Origin: Candidatus Dormiibacterota bacterium
Lineage (GTDB): Bacteria; Chloroflexota; Dormibacteria; Aeolococcales; Aeolococcaceae
Length of the DNA stretch: 64,000 nucleotides
Assembly: GCA_963709585.1 (NCBI GenBank)
Contig: CAVPXI010000023.1
Location: forward strand, 32,001 to 96,000
Direction of reading: 5' to 3'
Within the stretch, counting starts at the first letter, position 1. Each line of letters begins with the position of its first letter. The notes under the pieces were generated by a model, which was not told where the DNA came from, did not search any database, and worked only from the letters and a program-made list of their open reading frames with translations. Both the position numbers and the translations under genes were made by a program. Shown here one piece after another: positions 52,248 through 62,973 of this stretch.

Positions 52248-53351
52248 ATGGATCAGTCGATGGATCAGTCAACAGGACGGGCGGATCGCCACGCACGCTG
52301 GGTGTCGATGTGGCGGGAGGCCGTTCGCACGAGCCCCTTGGCGATCGGCCTCGTCGAACTAGCGACCACGCGCTTCGTCGAGATGTCGGACCGCGCCGCG
52401 GCGTTCCTCAGGACAACCCCAGAGAAGGCAGCCGGCCTCGACTACCTGTCGGTCACCGAGCGGCCGCGCGAGTCGGCGCAGACGTTCCGGCTGGTGCGAG
52501 AACGGATGCTCGACGGCATCAAGGGCCGGCGCCGGTTCCACCGACCGGACGGTTCGCTGGTCGAGCTGGAGGTGACCGGATGGGCAGTCCGCTCCAGCAC
52601 GGGGCCCGATCTGGGACTGTGGATCGCGTCCGAGCTCGCAGACGCAGAGCACGCTGTGGGTGAGGAGGAGGTCGCCGCTCCCGAGCCCTGGAGCCTGGCC
52701 GGTCCCGATTTTGAGGGCGCTCAGCTCACCCTCGACGACCACTGGCGCATCGCGCACATCAGCAGCAACGCTGGTGCCGTCCTTGGCCGGCCCCCGGCCG
52801 AGCTGTTCGGAAGCTCGATCATCGAGCTCACCCACATCGGCGACCTAGCCGCCCTGCTCCTTGGTTTCGCCCGGGCCACCACCGACCCCAGGACCGACGT
52901 ACGAATTCGGCTCCAGCAGGACCGCCGGCGGCGAGCGATTCGGGCGATGATCACCCGTCTGGAAGGCGACGGGACGGTACCGTTCTCGCTCATCGTGGCT
53001 CCGGCTGGTGAGCCCGAGGCGCAGGAGCCCAGCGGCGCGAGCCAGCTCGCCGGGCATCTTCGTCGCATCGCGTCCCAGATCGAGGCCGCGGGCATCCTCG
53101 CTCCCTTGATGCAGACGGCCGCCGCCCTCGGGGTTCCAGCAACGGCCGAGCTGTCGCCGCGCCAGTGGGAGATCGCCTCTCGCCTGGTCCAGGGCGACCG
53201 TGTGGCCACCATCGCCACCGAGATGTACCTGAGCCGGAGCACCGTCAGAAATCACCTCAGCGCGATCTTCCAGAAGTTCGGCGTCCATTCCCAGCCGGAA
53301 CTCCTCGCGCTCTGGCGTTCCTCTGGCCAGGGGAAACCACCGAGCGGCTGA
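52248..53351 (+). CDS. PAS-domain LuxR-family regulator
   Basis: Two PAS-like segments; LSPRQWEI, IA.EMYLS.STVRNHLSAIFQKFGVHSQ. Confidence 0.85.
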   Translation: MDQSMDQSTGRADRHARWVSMWREAVRTSPLAIGLVELATTRFVEMSDRAAAFLRTTPEKAAGLDYLSVTERPRESAQTFRLVRERMLDGIKGRRRFHRPDGSLVELEVTGWAVRSSTGPDLGLWIASELADAEHAVGEEEVAAPEPWSLAGPDFEGAQLTLDDHWRIAHISSNAGAVLGRPPAELFGSSIIELTHIGDLAALLLGFARATTDPRTDVRIRLQQDRRRRAIRAMITRLEGDGTVPFSLIVAPAGEPEAQEPSGASQLAGHLRRIASQIEAAGILAPLMQTAAALGVPATAELSPRQWEIASRLVQGDRVATIATEMYLSRSTVRNHLSAIFQKFGVHSQPELLALWRSSGQGKPPSG

Positions 53352-53479
53352 CCGGCTCGCCGCGGTGCCGCGTGTACGCGACCGGACGGACGGCACCCTG
53401 GACGGGCGAGCATGATCTCCTCGATAAGGTATGCAGATTCCACGCTGGGGAGCGGGATGATGCCATCGGGACAGTGCCC

Positions 53480-53653
53480 ATGCGGATCCCCGACATCCCG
53501 GTCTTGCGTTGCGAAGGTTGCGGCGGAGATCGGTTCATTCCCTTGACCTTCCCCACCCGCGAGGGTGCGGGGAAAGCCGAGGCGAGCGCGCGTCCGACCG
53601 CCAAGTGCCTGACCTGCGGCTGGTCCTACACCGCCTCTCGCGCGCGGAAGTAG
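53480..53653 (+). CDS. Small zinc-ribbon protein
   Basis: CEGCGGDRFIPLTF...RPTAKCLTCG; paralog at 24382. Confidence 0.6.
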   Translation: MRIPDIPVLRCEGCGGDRFIPLTFPTREGAGKAEASARPTAKCLTCGWSYTASRARK

Positions 53654-53690
53654 CAGCGGCCATCCACGTCCGGGTCTACTGCGCATCGGC

Positions 53691-54308
53691 GTGGCAGATC
53701 TCGATAGAGATCCGGACCAGTCGCCTCGAAAGAAGGACCATTGGCAGGTGGACGTCGACGATCGATTTCGCCAGATGCTCATCGATGCCGGCGACGCCGA
53801 GCGCGACGAGGACTCGCTCACCACGCTGGCGCAGCGCTACTCGTACGTCTTTCCCGATGACCGATCCCTCGCAGCGCTCGCCCGCCTCGGTCCGCTCGTC
53901 GAAATGGGCGCCGGTACCGGGTACTGGGCGTACCGGTTGCGCGCTCTCGGGACCGACGTCGTCGCATTCGACCAGGCGCCGCCGGATGGAGCGCGTCCGA
54001 ACCGCTACCACGCGACGACACCAACGTGGACCGAGGTCGTCGCCGGAGACCACACCATCCTGACGCGATACTCCGATCGGGCACTGCTGCTCTGCTGGCC
54101 GCCGCTCTTTTCGAGTCTCGGCGAGTCGCTGACCTACTACAGCGGGAATACCGTTGCGGTGATTGGGGACGGCGGCCATCGAACCGCGCGCGTGCGCGGC
54201 CTGAACGAGTCGTTCACACCGGTTTCGGTGTCCGAGGTGCAGGCGCTCGAGCCGTTCCCGGGACAGCAGCCCACGCTCAGCATCTGGCGGCGCCGGCCGA
54301 CGTCGTGA
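53691..54308 (+). CDS. SAM-dependent methyltransferase-like protein
   Basis: LVEMGAGTGYWA, VVAFD, LLLCWPP. Confidence 0.7.
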   Translation: MADLDRDPDQSPRKKDHWQVDVDDRFRQMLIDAGDAERDEDSLTTLAQRYSYVFPDDRSLAALARLGPLVEMGAGTGYWAYRLRALGTDVVAFDQAPPDGARPNRYHATTPTWTEVVAGDHTILTRYSDRALLLCWPPLFSSLGESLTYYSGNTVAVIGDGGHRTARVRGLNESFTPVSVSEVQALEPFPGQQPTLSIWRRRPTS

Positions 54309-54324
54309 CGTTGTGCCGCCGCCC

Positions 54325-54552
54325 TCAGGTGGTGGGGCCTGGGCGCGGCACCACGGCAAGGCCGGCAGTTAGCACCACGATGCAGGCCAGGATCAGGGGC
54401 CAGTAACCGCCGATCGTCGTTTCGAGGTCGTGGGCCGCTTCGTGCGGGCCGCGCACCAGCCCGATCAGCACGGAGATCGAGAGGGCGACGATGATCACGA
54501 TCGTCACCGCCACGACCAGTGAAAAGAACAGCCGGCTGATTCCCCGTCGCAC
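54325..54552 (-). CDS. Small two-TM membrane protein
   Basis: Two hydrophobic helices. Confidence 0.5.
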   Translation of the reverse strand: MRRGISRLFFSLVVAVTIVIIVALSISVLIGLVRGPHEAAHDLETTIGGYWPLILACIVVLTAGLAVVPRPGPTT

Positions 54553-54609
54553 TACGACCCGCGAGGTTACAGGAGCTAGCCGACCTACTGCGGGCCGCGC
54601 CCGACGCGA

Positions 54610-55050
54610 TCAGCGCCGCGTGCCGGCGAGCTCCGCAGGTGACTCTTCCTTGACGTCGTGCGCGCCCTGCCGGGGGATATTCGATTCGGCCAGCAGCCGA
54701 ACCCAGACGCTGGGGTCGGAGGGTGGCGGACTCGGCGACGGGTCCGGGCCGGGCCCCCGGTCACCCTGGTCGTTATCCGCCGTCCCCGTCGGCGGCAGCA
54801 TGCAGGCAACGAAAAGGCCTGAGATCACCAGCCCCTCGAAGATGGCGATGGGCAGGACCTCAGCGGGAGATGCCCCGCTCAGGGCGCCGGCGACCACGAG
54901 GATCGTGAAGCAGAGAAGCAGCGCGGCCGCGGGCAGACCCCAGACGTATGCGCGATTTCCGCCGTTCGCATTGCGCAACTGCCGCTCGAGCCCGCGCACT
55001 CGATTCGTAGCTGTTCCCCAGACCTTCCGGAAGTGGCGTTCCATGACCAT
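54610..55050 (-). CDS. Hypothetical membrane protein
   Basis: Two TM segments and a Pro-rich tail. Confidence 0.5.
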   Translation of the reverse strand: MVMERHFRKVWGTATNRVRGLERQLRNANGGNRAYVWGLPAAALLLCFTILVVAGALSGASPAEVLPIAIFEGLVISGLFVACMLPPTGTADNDQGDRGPGPDPSPSPPPSDPSVWVRLLAESNIPRQGAHDVKEESPAELAGTRR

Positions 55051-55210
55051 CCTCTCAGAGCTGCCGTGTGCAGCATGGCACAGACGCCGAAGTGGCATCG
55101 GCCTGGCCCGGGGCCGGGTCGGCGCCTGTCAGTTACCAGGGTCGCCGTGAGCATCCGTCTGTAGAATGACCGAGCTGCGTGCGCGCATCGGGGCGCGTGC
55201 CGGCCGCCGT

Positions 55211-55297
55211 GCCGAGGTGGTGGAATTGGTAGACACGCTAGCTTGAGGGGCTAGTGAGGGCAACCTTGTAAGGGTTCGAGTCCCTTCCTCGGCACCA
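55211..55297 (+). tRNA. tRNA-Leu(GAG)
   Basis: GCCGAGG/CCTCGGC acceptor stem, anticodon arm CTAGC-TTGAGGG-GCTAG, long variable arm, encoded CCA. Confidence 0.95.
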
Positions 55298-55396
55298 CAT
55301 GACCGGTTTCATATTCGGCCGACACTCCGCGGGCGACCCGGTCGGTCGGCTGTCGGTGAGGTCGTCCCCGAGCCGTAACGCCCCTACACTCAGCCG

Positions 55397-58344
55397 GTGG
55401 TCCGAAAGACCGTGACGATTCTCTTCGCTGACGTGACGGGATCCACGGCGATGGGGGAGCAGAGCGATCCAGAGGCGTTGCGCCGGGTTATGACGCGCTT
55501 CTTCGAGGTGTCACGAGCCACGCTCGAACGGCACGGTGCGACTGTCGAGAAGTTCATCGGTGACGCCGTGATGGCCGTGTTCGGTGTCCCGGCCGTTCAC
55601 GAGGATGACGCGCTGCGTGCGGCTCGCGCGGCACTCGAGCTGCGCCGCAACGTGGCGGCCCTTGGCATCCAGCTGCGCATCGGGATCAACACCGGGGAAG
55701 TCGTTGCCGAGGCGGGCGAGACACTCGTCACCGGGGACGCCGTCAACGTCGCCGCGCGGCTCGAGCAGGGTGCATCCCCGGGTGAGATCCTGCTCGGCGA
55801 CGCAACGTACCGCTTTGCGCGCGAAGCGGTGCGCGCGACGGCGGTTGCTCCTCTGAACGCGAAAGGAAAGAGCCAGCCGGTCGCGGCGTGGCGGCTGGTC
55901 GATGTCCTCGACGACGCGCCGGCATTCACGCGCAGGATCGACGCGCCCTTCGTCGGCCGTGGCGATGAGCTTGCCCGGTTCACAGCCGCGTTCGAGAGCG
56001 TCGTTCGGACGAATGCCGCACGGCGCTTCACGCTGCTCGGCGCACCGGGAATCGGCAAGTCACGCCTCGCGCGGGAGCTCGTGCAACACGTATGGGTCCG
56101 AGCGCGTGTTGTCGTCGGCCGTTGCCAAGCCTACGGCGAAGGGATCACGTACCTGCCGCTCGCGGAGATGGTCCGAATGACCGCCGGCACGCAGCGCGAT
56201 GCGATTGCCGCCGTCGCGGGGGACGAACTCGTGGCCGATCGCATCGCGGCGGCGCTCGGTGTCGGCGGCGTTGCCGGTACGAAGGAGGAGACCCAGTGGG
56301 CGGCTCGGCGCTATCTCGAGGTGCTCGCCGCGGACCGGCCCCTCCTCGTCGTCCTCGACGATCTGCACTGGGCCGAGCCGACGTTCCTCGACCTCGTGGA
56401 ATACGTCGCGGACTTCGCCACTGCGCCGATATTGCTTCTGTGCACCGGGCGCGTCGAGCTGCTCGACGCGAGGCCGGCCTGGACTGGGCCGCGTCCGAAC
56501 GCCGACGTACTCGTGCTCGAACCACTCTCGGCCGAGGAGGCGGCCGAGCTCGCGGGAGACCTTGATGAGGAGACGCGCCAGCGCATTCTCGACGCCGCCG
56601 AGAGGAATCCGTTATTCGTCGAACAGCTCGTCGCGCTTCGGGCGCAGGCCCACGGCGACGTCGGTATCCCTCCGACGCTCCAGGCGCTGCTCGCGGCGCG
56701 CCTCGACTCCCTCGCGCCGGCCGAACGAACGGTGGTCGAGCGCGCCTCGGTGGAAAGGCCGGCTGTTCCACCGCGGCTCCGTCACTGATCTGGTTCCTGC
56801 GGACGTGCGGACCGGTGTCGGCGCCGTCCTCCTGGCCCTCGTGCGCAAGGAGTTCGTCCGTCCCGATCGCGCTCAGTTTCCTGGCGACGACGGATATCGA
56901 TTCACACATGTCCTTCTGTGACGCTGCATATGAGGCGATGTCGAAGCAGCTGCGGGCGGACCTGCACGAGGGGCTCTTCGACTGGCTTCGGCGCGTCGCG
57001 CCGGAAAGGGTTGGCGAGATGGAAGAGATCCTGGCCTACCACCTCGAGCGCTCCGCGCTCTATCGCAACGAGCTCGACCTGCCGGACGACAATCATGCCG
57101 GGCAGCGCGCGGCGGAGCTGCTGGCACGTTCGGGCACGCGCGCCTACGACCGCGGCGACCTGTCAGCGGCCCAGAACCTGCTCAGCCGCGCCGTTTCGCT
57201 TCTGCCGCCAGGGAATCCGATCCGCGTCCGGGCTTTGCCGCTGCTCGCCGTCGCGATCCTCGATGCAGCCGCCGGGATGGAACGGGCGCTCGGCCTCGTC
57301 GCGCAGGCGCTCGAGGAGAGCCGCGCTGCCGGCGACCGCGCCGCCGAGGTGAGTGCGTGGGCGATCCAACAGCTCGTGCGATTGCAGAGCGTTCCGGACA
57401 CCGACACCGCGAGCATCCATCGTGAGCTCGAGCTGCGCGCGCCTGAGATCGAGCGCCTCGGCGACGGACGTGCGCTCGTCTATCTGCGCCGGCTCGAGCT
57501 CGTGATCGCGCTCAGCGAGCTCTCCGACCTGGATTCGGCAGCCGGGCGGCTGCTCGCCGCGGCGCGCGACGCTGGCGATCGCCCGAGCGCGCTCCAGGCG
57601 ATATTGTTCCTCACCGCGTCAGTCGTGGTGGACACGATCCCTGTCGACGAGGCACTTTTGATGACGCGGCGGCGGTTCAGGGCGCTTGCGCAGGGGCCTG
57701 TCGAGGAAGCTGCGGTCGACGACATCGAGGGGCTCCTGCGGGCGATGAGGGGCGAGTTCGATGAGGGCCGCCGGCTGATCCGAAAGGCGCGTGCCACCTT
57801 CTCAGAGTTCGGGTTGCGGTTGACCGATGTGGCGACGGCGCGGGACGAGGCGCTCGTCGAGCACTACGCCGGGGAAGCAGCCGCCGTCGAGCGCTTGCTC
57901 CGTTCTGCCTGTGACGAACTGCGGTCTGTCGGCGAGACAGGCTACCTGTCGACCGACGTCGACGAGCTCGCGGACGCGCTCCACGATCTCGGGCGGCACG
58001 CCGAGGCGGAAGAGGCAAGTCGCGAGAGCGAGCGCCTGGCGCAGCCGACGGACGCGGCGGCCCATGTGCAGTGGCGGGGGGTCCGCGCGAAACTGCTCGC
58101 CCGACAAGGCGAGGGCGACGAGGCGGTACGGCTCGTGCGCGAGTCAATCGAGTGGGCCGGCAAGAGGCCCGAGGAGGTCGGCAACGCATATGCCAACCTC
58201 GCCGAGATCTGGCGGCTCGGCGGGGATTTGGATCGCGCAGCAGAGGCACTCGAACGCGCCATTGCGATGTACGAGCAGAAGGGGATCGTGCCGATGGCTG
58301 AACGCATGCGCAGCCAACTGGAGGAGCTGCGCTCGAGACCCTAG
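55397..58344 (+). CDS. Class III adenylate/guanylate cyclase - AAA ATPase - TPR protein (two indels near 56755 and 56915)
   Basis: ILFADVTGST, EKFIGDAVMAVFG, GDAVNVAARLEQ, GAPGIGKS, LDDLHWA, YRFTHVL, helical repeats. Confidence 0.88.
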
Positions 58345-58372
58345 CGCTCGAAGGTGTCGGCGAAGCGACTGG

Positions 58373-59569
58373 CTACGCCAGTGGGATGTGGGCAGGGAGC
58401 ACCCCGAGAGCTCCTACCGCCGGGGCGGGCGAGATCTTGGTGCGGCCTGTGAACGCAGGTGAGAGCAACCAGGTCGCTCCTTGTTCCGGGTACTGGTTAT
58501 CCCACCCGACCAGACGATCGTCGGGGAGCCACACCTCCGGCGCGAAATTCCGTACGGTGGAAACTGTCTTTTTGGTGCTCAGATCCACGACTGTAGTCAC
58601 GTAATACCCGGAGTCGAAGATCCCCACGTAGGCGGCATACGCCAGGTAGCGTCCGTCGCCCGACACGCTCACCGGACCGTACGCCGCTGCGTTTGCAGGG
58701 TGCAGGGCAATCGTCTCGGTGCCCGAGTTGCGCACTACTATCAAGCTCGAGTCCCCATCCGCGACGCACACCGAGCCGGGTGCGACTGTCGCGGGACAGA
58801 GATACCCTCCCCAGGCGTTGTTGATCGGGGTCTGCACGAGCGTTCGCGTCGTTGGATTGAACGTGGCTTGGGCGCAACCAGTGAATTGGAGGAACGGACC
58901 GACTCCGCCGAGTCCTTTGCACTGCTCCGCAACCGAGATTCCGGCAGTGCTCCACGCGAAAGGCATCAGGACCTCGCCGCCGTTGTCGCTGTTATTGGCG
59001 TCGTCGTAAACCATGGTCGCGGATGCTGCGGTGCCACCCGTGGGCTCGGTCCAGAGCTGCGAGTGATCGGTGGGCGCACCGTTGTCGAAGGTCATTGCCA
59101 AGGGGATGCCGAACACCAGCGTTGTCTGGTCGGGCGACACGGCAAACGTGGTGTACCCCTGGAGATCCGCCGCAGTGACTGTGGTCTTCACCTGCGGCAC
59201 CTGACCCACGACCGAGACGGTGCCGGATCTCCCGAACGCCTTCACGGTGGTGCCGTCGAGGAAGTAGACATCATCGGATCCGACGTAGTACGCGTGGCCG
59301 TCGACACCTCCGGGGTCTTCGACCGTGGCGACTATGCTGCCGTTCTCACCGACTAGGCTGAGTTGCAGAGCAGTCTTGGAATTCCCGGCTGCGGTCACCG
59401 CCAGCGGCGGGGGAGTGGGGGATGGCGCCGGCACGGGCGTTGCGGTCGGCTCAGGGGTTGAAGCGACCGTCGTCGCGGGCGTCGGGGTTACCGTCGGAGC
59501 GACTGTCGATCCACAAGCTGCGAGGCCAAGAGTGGCGATCGCAGTGCCGATGATGGTTGTGCGTTTCAT
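58373..59569 (-). CDS. Lipoprotein with PT linker and beta-propeller-like domain
   Basis: LAAC lipobox, VYFLDG, FAVSPD, VSGDGRYLAY. Confidence 0.8.
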   Translation of the reverse strand: MKRTTIIGTAIATLGLAACGSTVAPTVTPTPATTVASTPEPTATPVPAPSPTPPPLAVTAAGNSKTALQLSLVGENGSIVATVEDPGGVDGHAYYVGSDDVYFLDGTTVKAFGRSGTVSVVGQVPQVKTTVTAADLQGYTTFAVSPDQTTLVFGIPLAMTFDNGAPTDHSQLWTEPTGGTAASATMVYDDANNSDNGGEVLMPFAWSTAGISVAEQCKGLGGVGPFLQFTGCAQATFNPTTRTLVQTPINNAWGGYLCPATVAPGSVCVADGDSSLIVVRNSGTETIALHPANAAAYGPVSVSGDGRYLAYAAYVGIFDSGYYVTTVVDLSTKKTVSTVRNFAPEVWLPDDRLVGWDNQYPEQGATWLLSPAFTGRTKISPAPAVGALGVLPAHIPLA

Positions 59570-59720
59570 GTCTGCTGCGCCACCACCAAACCCACCAGCG
59601 TGCTGGCCGGTTCAGGGACCCCAGCTGCACTCCCTCTAGAACTCATGATGGATGCCATACCCACTCAACGGGAACACGTCATCCACGGTTACATCCGCGC
59701 GAACGCGTCGAACGTCCCCG
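59565..59720 (-). repeat. Conserved promoter/leader repeat, copy 1
   Basis: Near-identical to 61136-61290; contains GTAAC-17-CGTT. Confidence 0.8.
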
Positions 59721-59838
59721 CACTCGATGCCCAACCTCACGGGAGATCGACCGCACAATGCGTGACGCCGAGCCGTGGCTATCTCGAAGGGGCTTCCGGC
59801 TGATCTCCGCCGCGCTGGGATCCCGCTAGGATCTGATC

Positions 59839-60726
59839 GTGCCCCGCGCGCGCGTCAACGGCCTCGAGCTCGAGTACGACAGCTTCGGCGATCCCGGGGC
59901 CACGCCGCTGCTCCTTGTGATGGGGCTCTCGTACCAGATGATCGAATGGGATGACGCCCTCTGCGAGCTGATCGCCCGTCGCGGATTCCGGGTGACGCGG
60001 TTCGATAACCGCGATGTCGGTCTCTCCACCAAGCTCGACGCGCTCGGGCCGCCGGACATCATGGCGTTGTTCGGTGGCACGGGACACCCTCCGTACTCGC
60101 TGGACGACATGGCCGGCGATGCGATCGGCCTCCTCGATGCGCTTGGCGTCGAGGCGACACATGTCGTGGGCGTGTCGATGGGAGGGATGATCGCGCAGTT
60201 GATCGCGATCAACTACCCCGAGCGGGTGCTGAGCCTCACCTCGATCATGTCGACGGTGGGCGGTCCCAATGTCGTGCAGGCCGAGCCCGCCGTCGGTGCC
60301 GCTTTGCTCGCTCCGCCAGGACGGACTCGAGAGGAACGAGTGGAGCGCTCGCTGGCCAACCGGCGCCTGATCTTCGGCGCGGGGATGCCGTTCGACGAGG
60401 ATCGAGCGCGGCGGAAGGCGGAGCGCGCAGTCGATCGCTGCTTCTACCCCGACGGTGGCATGCGTCAGCTCGCGGCGATCTTCGCCGCTCCGAACAGGAC
60501 CGCTGGGCTCGGGCGGCTGAGCATCCCGACGCTGGTCATCCATGGAGAGCACGACCCGCTCGTGCCACCCGCGAACGGGCGTCAGACGGCGGCGGCCCTG
60601 CCGCGCGCCCGGCTCATCATGATCCCGGGCATGGGCCACGCCCTGCCCGACCACGTGTGGCCGCAGATCGTCGATGCGATCGCTGCAGTCACCGTTTCAT
60701 CTACCCGGGGCAAGCCGGGATGGTGA
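59839..60726 (+). CDS. Alpha/beta fold hydrolase
   Basis: RFDNRDVGLS, GVSMGG nucleophile elbow, HGEHDPL, GMGH. Confidence 0.92.
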   Translation: MPRARVNGLELEYDSFGDPGATPLLLVMGLSYQMIEWDDALCELIARRGFRVTRFDNRDVGLSTKLDALGPPDIMALFGGTGHPPYSLDDMAGDAIGLLDALGVEATHVVGVSMGGMIAQLIAINYPERVLSLTSIMSTVGGPNVVQAEPAVGAALLAPPGRTREERVERSLANRRLIFGAGMPFDEDRARRKAERAVDRCFYPDGGMRQLAAIFAAPNRTAGLGRLSIPTLVIHGEHDPLVPPANGRQTAAALPRARLIMIPGMGHALPDHVWPQIVDAIAAVTVSSTRGKPGW

Positions 60727-61141
60727 ACGTGCCGCGAGCAACAAACGCGACCTTCGGATCGTCCCAAACACTCCACGACCAACGCCCAACGGTCACGGGC
60801 CCATAGGTAACGGTGGGGAACTTCAGGATTTCGGGATCAGAGCCCCACCCCATCCATTCTCCGGGCTTCACTCCATGGAACGTGACGGTCCCACCCTGGG
60901 CTGTGCCAGCCACACCACACGTAGTCGTCACTGTGACGCCGAGCTTAGGCTTGGAGGCCGGAGCAGGCGTTGCAGTCGGCGTAGCTGTCGGGGCGGTCGT
61001 CGGCGCTACTGTCGGAGCGACGGTCGGGACGACGGTTAGCGCCAGGGTTGGCCGTGCACTCGGCCGCGTAACTGCCGTCGAGCCACATGCTGCGAGGCCA
61101 ACGGCGGCGATCGTCGTGCCGATGATGAATGTGAGTTTCAT
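60701..61141 (-). CDS. Small lipoprotein with PT linker and one Cys-bounded beta module
   Basis: LAAC lipobox; TTCG.AGTAQGGTV...TYGPVTVG shared with the 45086 protein. Confidence 0.75.
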   Translation of the reverse strand: MKLTFIIGTTIAAVGLAACGSTAVTRPSARPTLALTVVPTVAPTVAPTTAPTATPTATPAPASKPKLGVTVTTTCGVAGTAQGGTVTFHGVKPGEWMGWGSDPEILKFPTVTYGPVTVGRWSWSVWDDPKVAFVARGTFTIPACPG

Positions 61142-61290
61142 GTCTGCTGCCCCTCCTCTACACGGACCGTCGTCCTGGCCGGTGCAGGATCCTAGCTGCA
61201 CTTCCTCTAGAACTCATGACGGGTGACACACCCACTCAACGGGAACACGCCATCGACGGTTACATCCGCGCAAATGCGTCGAAAGTTCTC
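61136..61290 (-). repeat. Conserved promoter/leader repeat, copy 2
   Basis: Near-identical to 59565-59720. Confidence 0.8.
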
Positions 61291-61402
61291 CCTTGGGTGA
61301 CCTGACTCGCGCGCTGCGGCCGAGGATAGGATGACCGCCGACGGCCCTCGGCTATCAGGTGGGCCGAAGAGCCTGCAGTGAACGCGCCGGCGCGCAAGGA
61401 GA

Positions 61403-61930
61403 GTGGACGTGGCCGGTCATCCCGAAAGCGAAGCCGACGACGAAATGTTGCGGGCCTTTTTGCGCGGCCAGCGCGAATCGATGTTGGCGATCGTCGAGGG
61501 GCTGGACGAGGAGGCCTGGCACCGCTCCGTCGTGCCCACAGGCTGGACGCCGGCCGGGATGCTCGAGCACCTGGGCGGCGCTGAGTGGCACTGGTTCCAA
61601 GGCGTCGTTTTGGGCAAGCAGCCGGATTTGCCAGGCGACATCGCCGAGGATCAGCCGCCGTACGACCCCACGACGGTGGTGTTCACAACTGACGCGCCCT
61701 CGGCGGAGGTCGTCACCTTCTACCGCGACCAGTGCGCGCAGTCCGAGGCGGTGCTGGCGACCACCGCCCTTTCGGCGCGACCACTAGGCGAGCACGGGCT
61801 TGGTGGATTCGAGCCACCGAATGTTCGCTGGATCGTGTTGCACATGATCGAGGAGACGGCGCGGCATGCCGGGCATCTGGACATCGCGAGGGAGCTCCTC
61901 GACGGCACGACCCGGCTGGGTGGCCGCTGA
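61403..61930 (+). CDS. DinB/DUF664 family protein
   Basis: PTGWTPAGMLEHL, RWIVLHMIEETARHAGHLDIARELLDG. Confidence 0.88.
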   Translation: MDVAGHPESEADDEMLRAFLRGQRESMLAIVEGLDEEAWHRSVVPTGWTPAGMLEHLGGAEWHWFQGVVLGKQPDLPGDIAEDQPPYDPTTVVFTTDAPSAEVVTFYRDQCAQSEAVLATTALSARPLGEHGLGGFEPPNVRWIVLHMIEETARHAGHLDIARELLDGTTRLGGR

Positions 61931-61977
61931 CAACTCGCAGAATCGGCGATTCACCAGTCATAACGAGGAGGACCACC

Positions 61978-62541
61978 ATGGCATCGATCGATGAAGCGAC
62001 CGCGTTCCGGCGTGCCAGCGAGAGTTTCGTGGAGCGAGCTCGAACGATCGGCCAGGAACAGTGGTCGGGACCGACGCCGTGCACGGACTGGGATGTGAGG
62101 ACGCTCGTGAATCACATTGCCGGTGAGTACCTCTGGGTACCGGAGATGTTGGCTGGTAAGACGATCGCGGAGGTCGGCGATCGTCTCGACGGTGACGTGC
62201 TCGGCGATGATCCACTGCGGAGGCTGATCGACGCTCGGAACGCCGCGCTCGCAGCCATCGATGGCCCGGGAGCTGTGGAGACCACGGTCCACCTGTCATT
62301 CGGTGACCTGCCCGCCGAGGCGTACGTGCAGCAGATGGCGCTCGACAGCGTGATCCACTCATGGGACCTCGCGCGCGGTATCGGTGCCGACGATGCGCTC
62401 GACCCCGAGCTCGTCGACCACTGCTATGCGGATCTGAAGGGAAGCGCTGAAGCCTGGAGGTCTGCAGGAGTTTTCGGCCCGGAGACGCCTCCCGCCGACG
62501 ATTCGACCCAGGCCAAACTCCTCGCGCTGACCGGCCGATAA
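61978..62541 (+). CDS. TIGR03086 family metal-binding protein (MDMPI-like)
   Basis: PTPCTDWDVRTLVNH, IHSWDLAR, LLALTGR; GAGGAGG RBS. Confidence 0.88.
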   Translation: MASIDEATAFRRASESFVERARTIGQEQWSGPTPCTDWDVRTLVNHIAGEYLWVPEMLAGKTIAEVGDRLDGDVLGDDPLRRLIDARNAALAAIDGPGAVETTVHLSFGDLPAEAYVQQMALDSVIHSWDLARGIGADDALDPELVDHCYADLKGSAEAWRSAGVFGPETPPADDSTQAKLLALTGR

Positions 62542-62580
62542 ATCCGCCGGGGATTACCCCGCTGCGGTCGGGAGGCGCGG

Positions 62581-62811
62581 CTAGGATCCAGTCCCTAAGC
62601 CACCACGCTGACTGTGTCGATGAGCGATCCGACGATGTGGAGTGACTGGGACGGCCACAGTGGGACAGCTGAGCCAGCGGGGTTCGCCGCTGCGGTTAGC
62701 AGCGTCACCGCGGTCGGCCTGTCTTTTGGCGGCGGCTGCTTCTTCGAGAATGGTATCGGGACCACAGACGGCTCGGGTACCTTCACCCTCAACAACTTCA
62801 CCGTGGGCTGA
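62581..62811 (+). pseudogene. Orphan C-terminal fragment of a secreted protein
   Basis: VGLSFGGGCFFENG...FTLNNFTVG reads as a domain end with no start context. Confidence 0.35.
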
Positions 62812-62973
62812 ACGTAACGGCGTAACCCGTTCTGAATGGAGCCTCTGGCAGCGCACCAGGGGCTCCTATTCACGCGGACCGAACGCGGTCGGGAATCGCC
62901 CCTCCGCAAGGTCTGATGCGGCCCTGCGGAACCCACCGCTGGCTTCTGTCGGATGCCGCCAGGCTAGCCAGGG

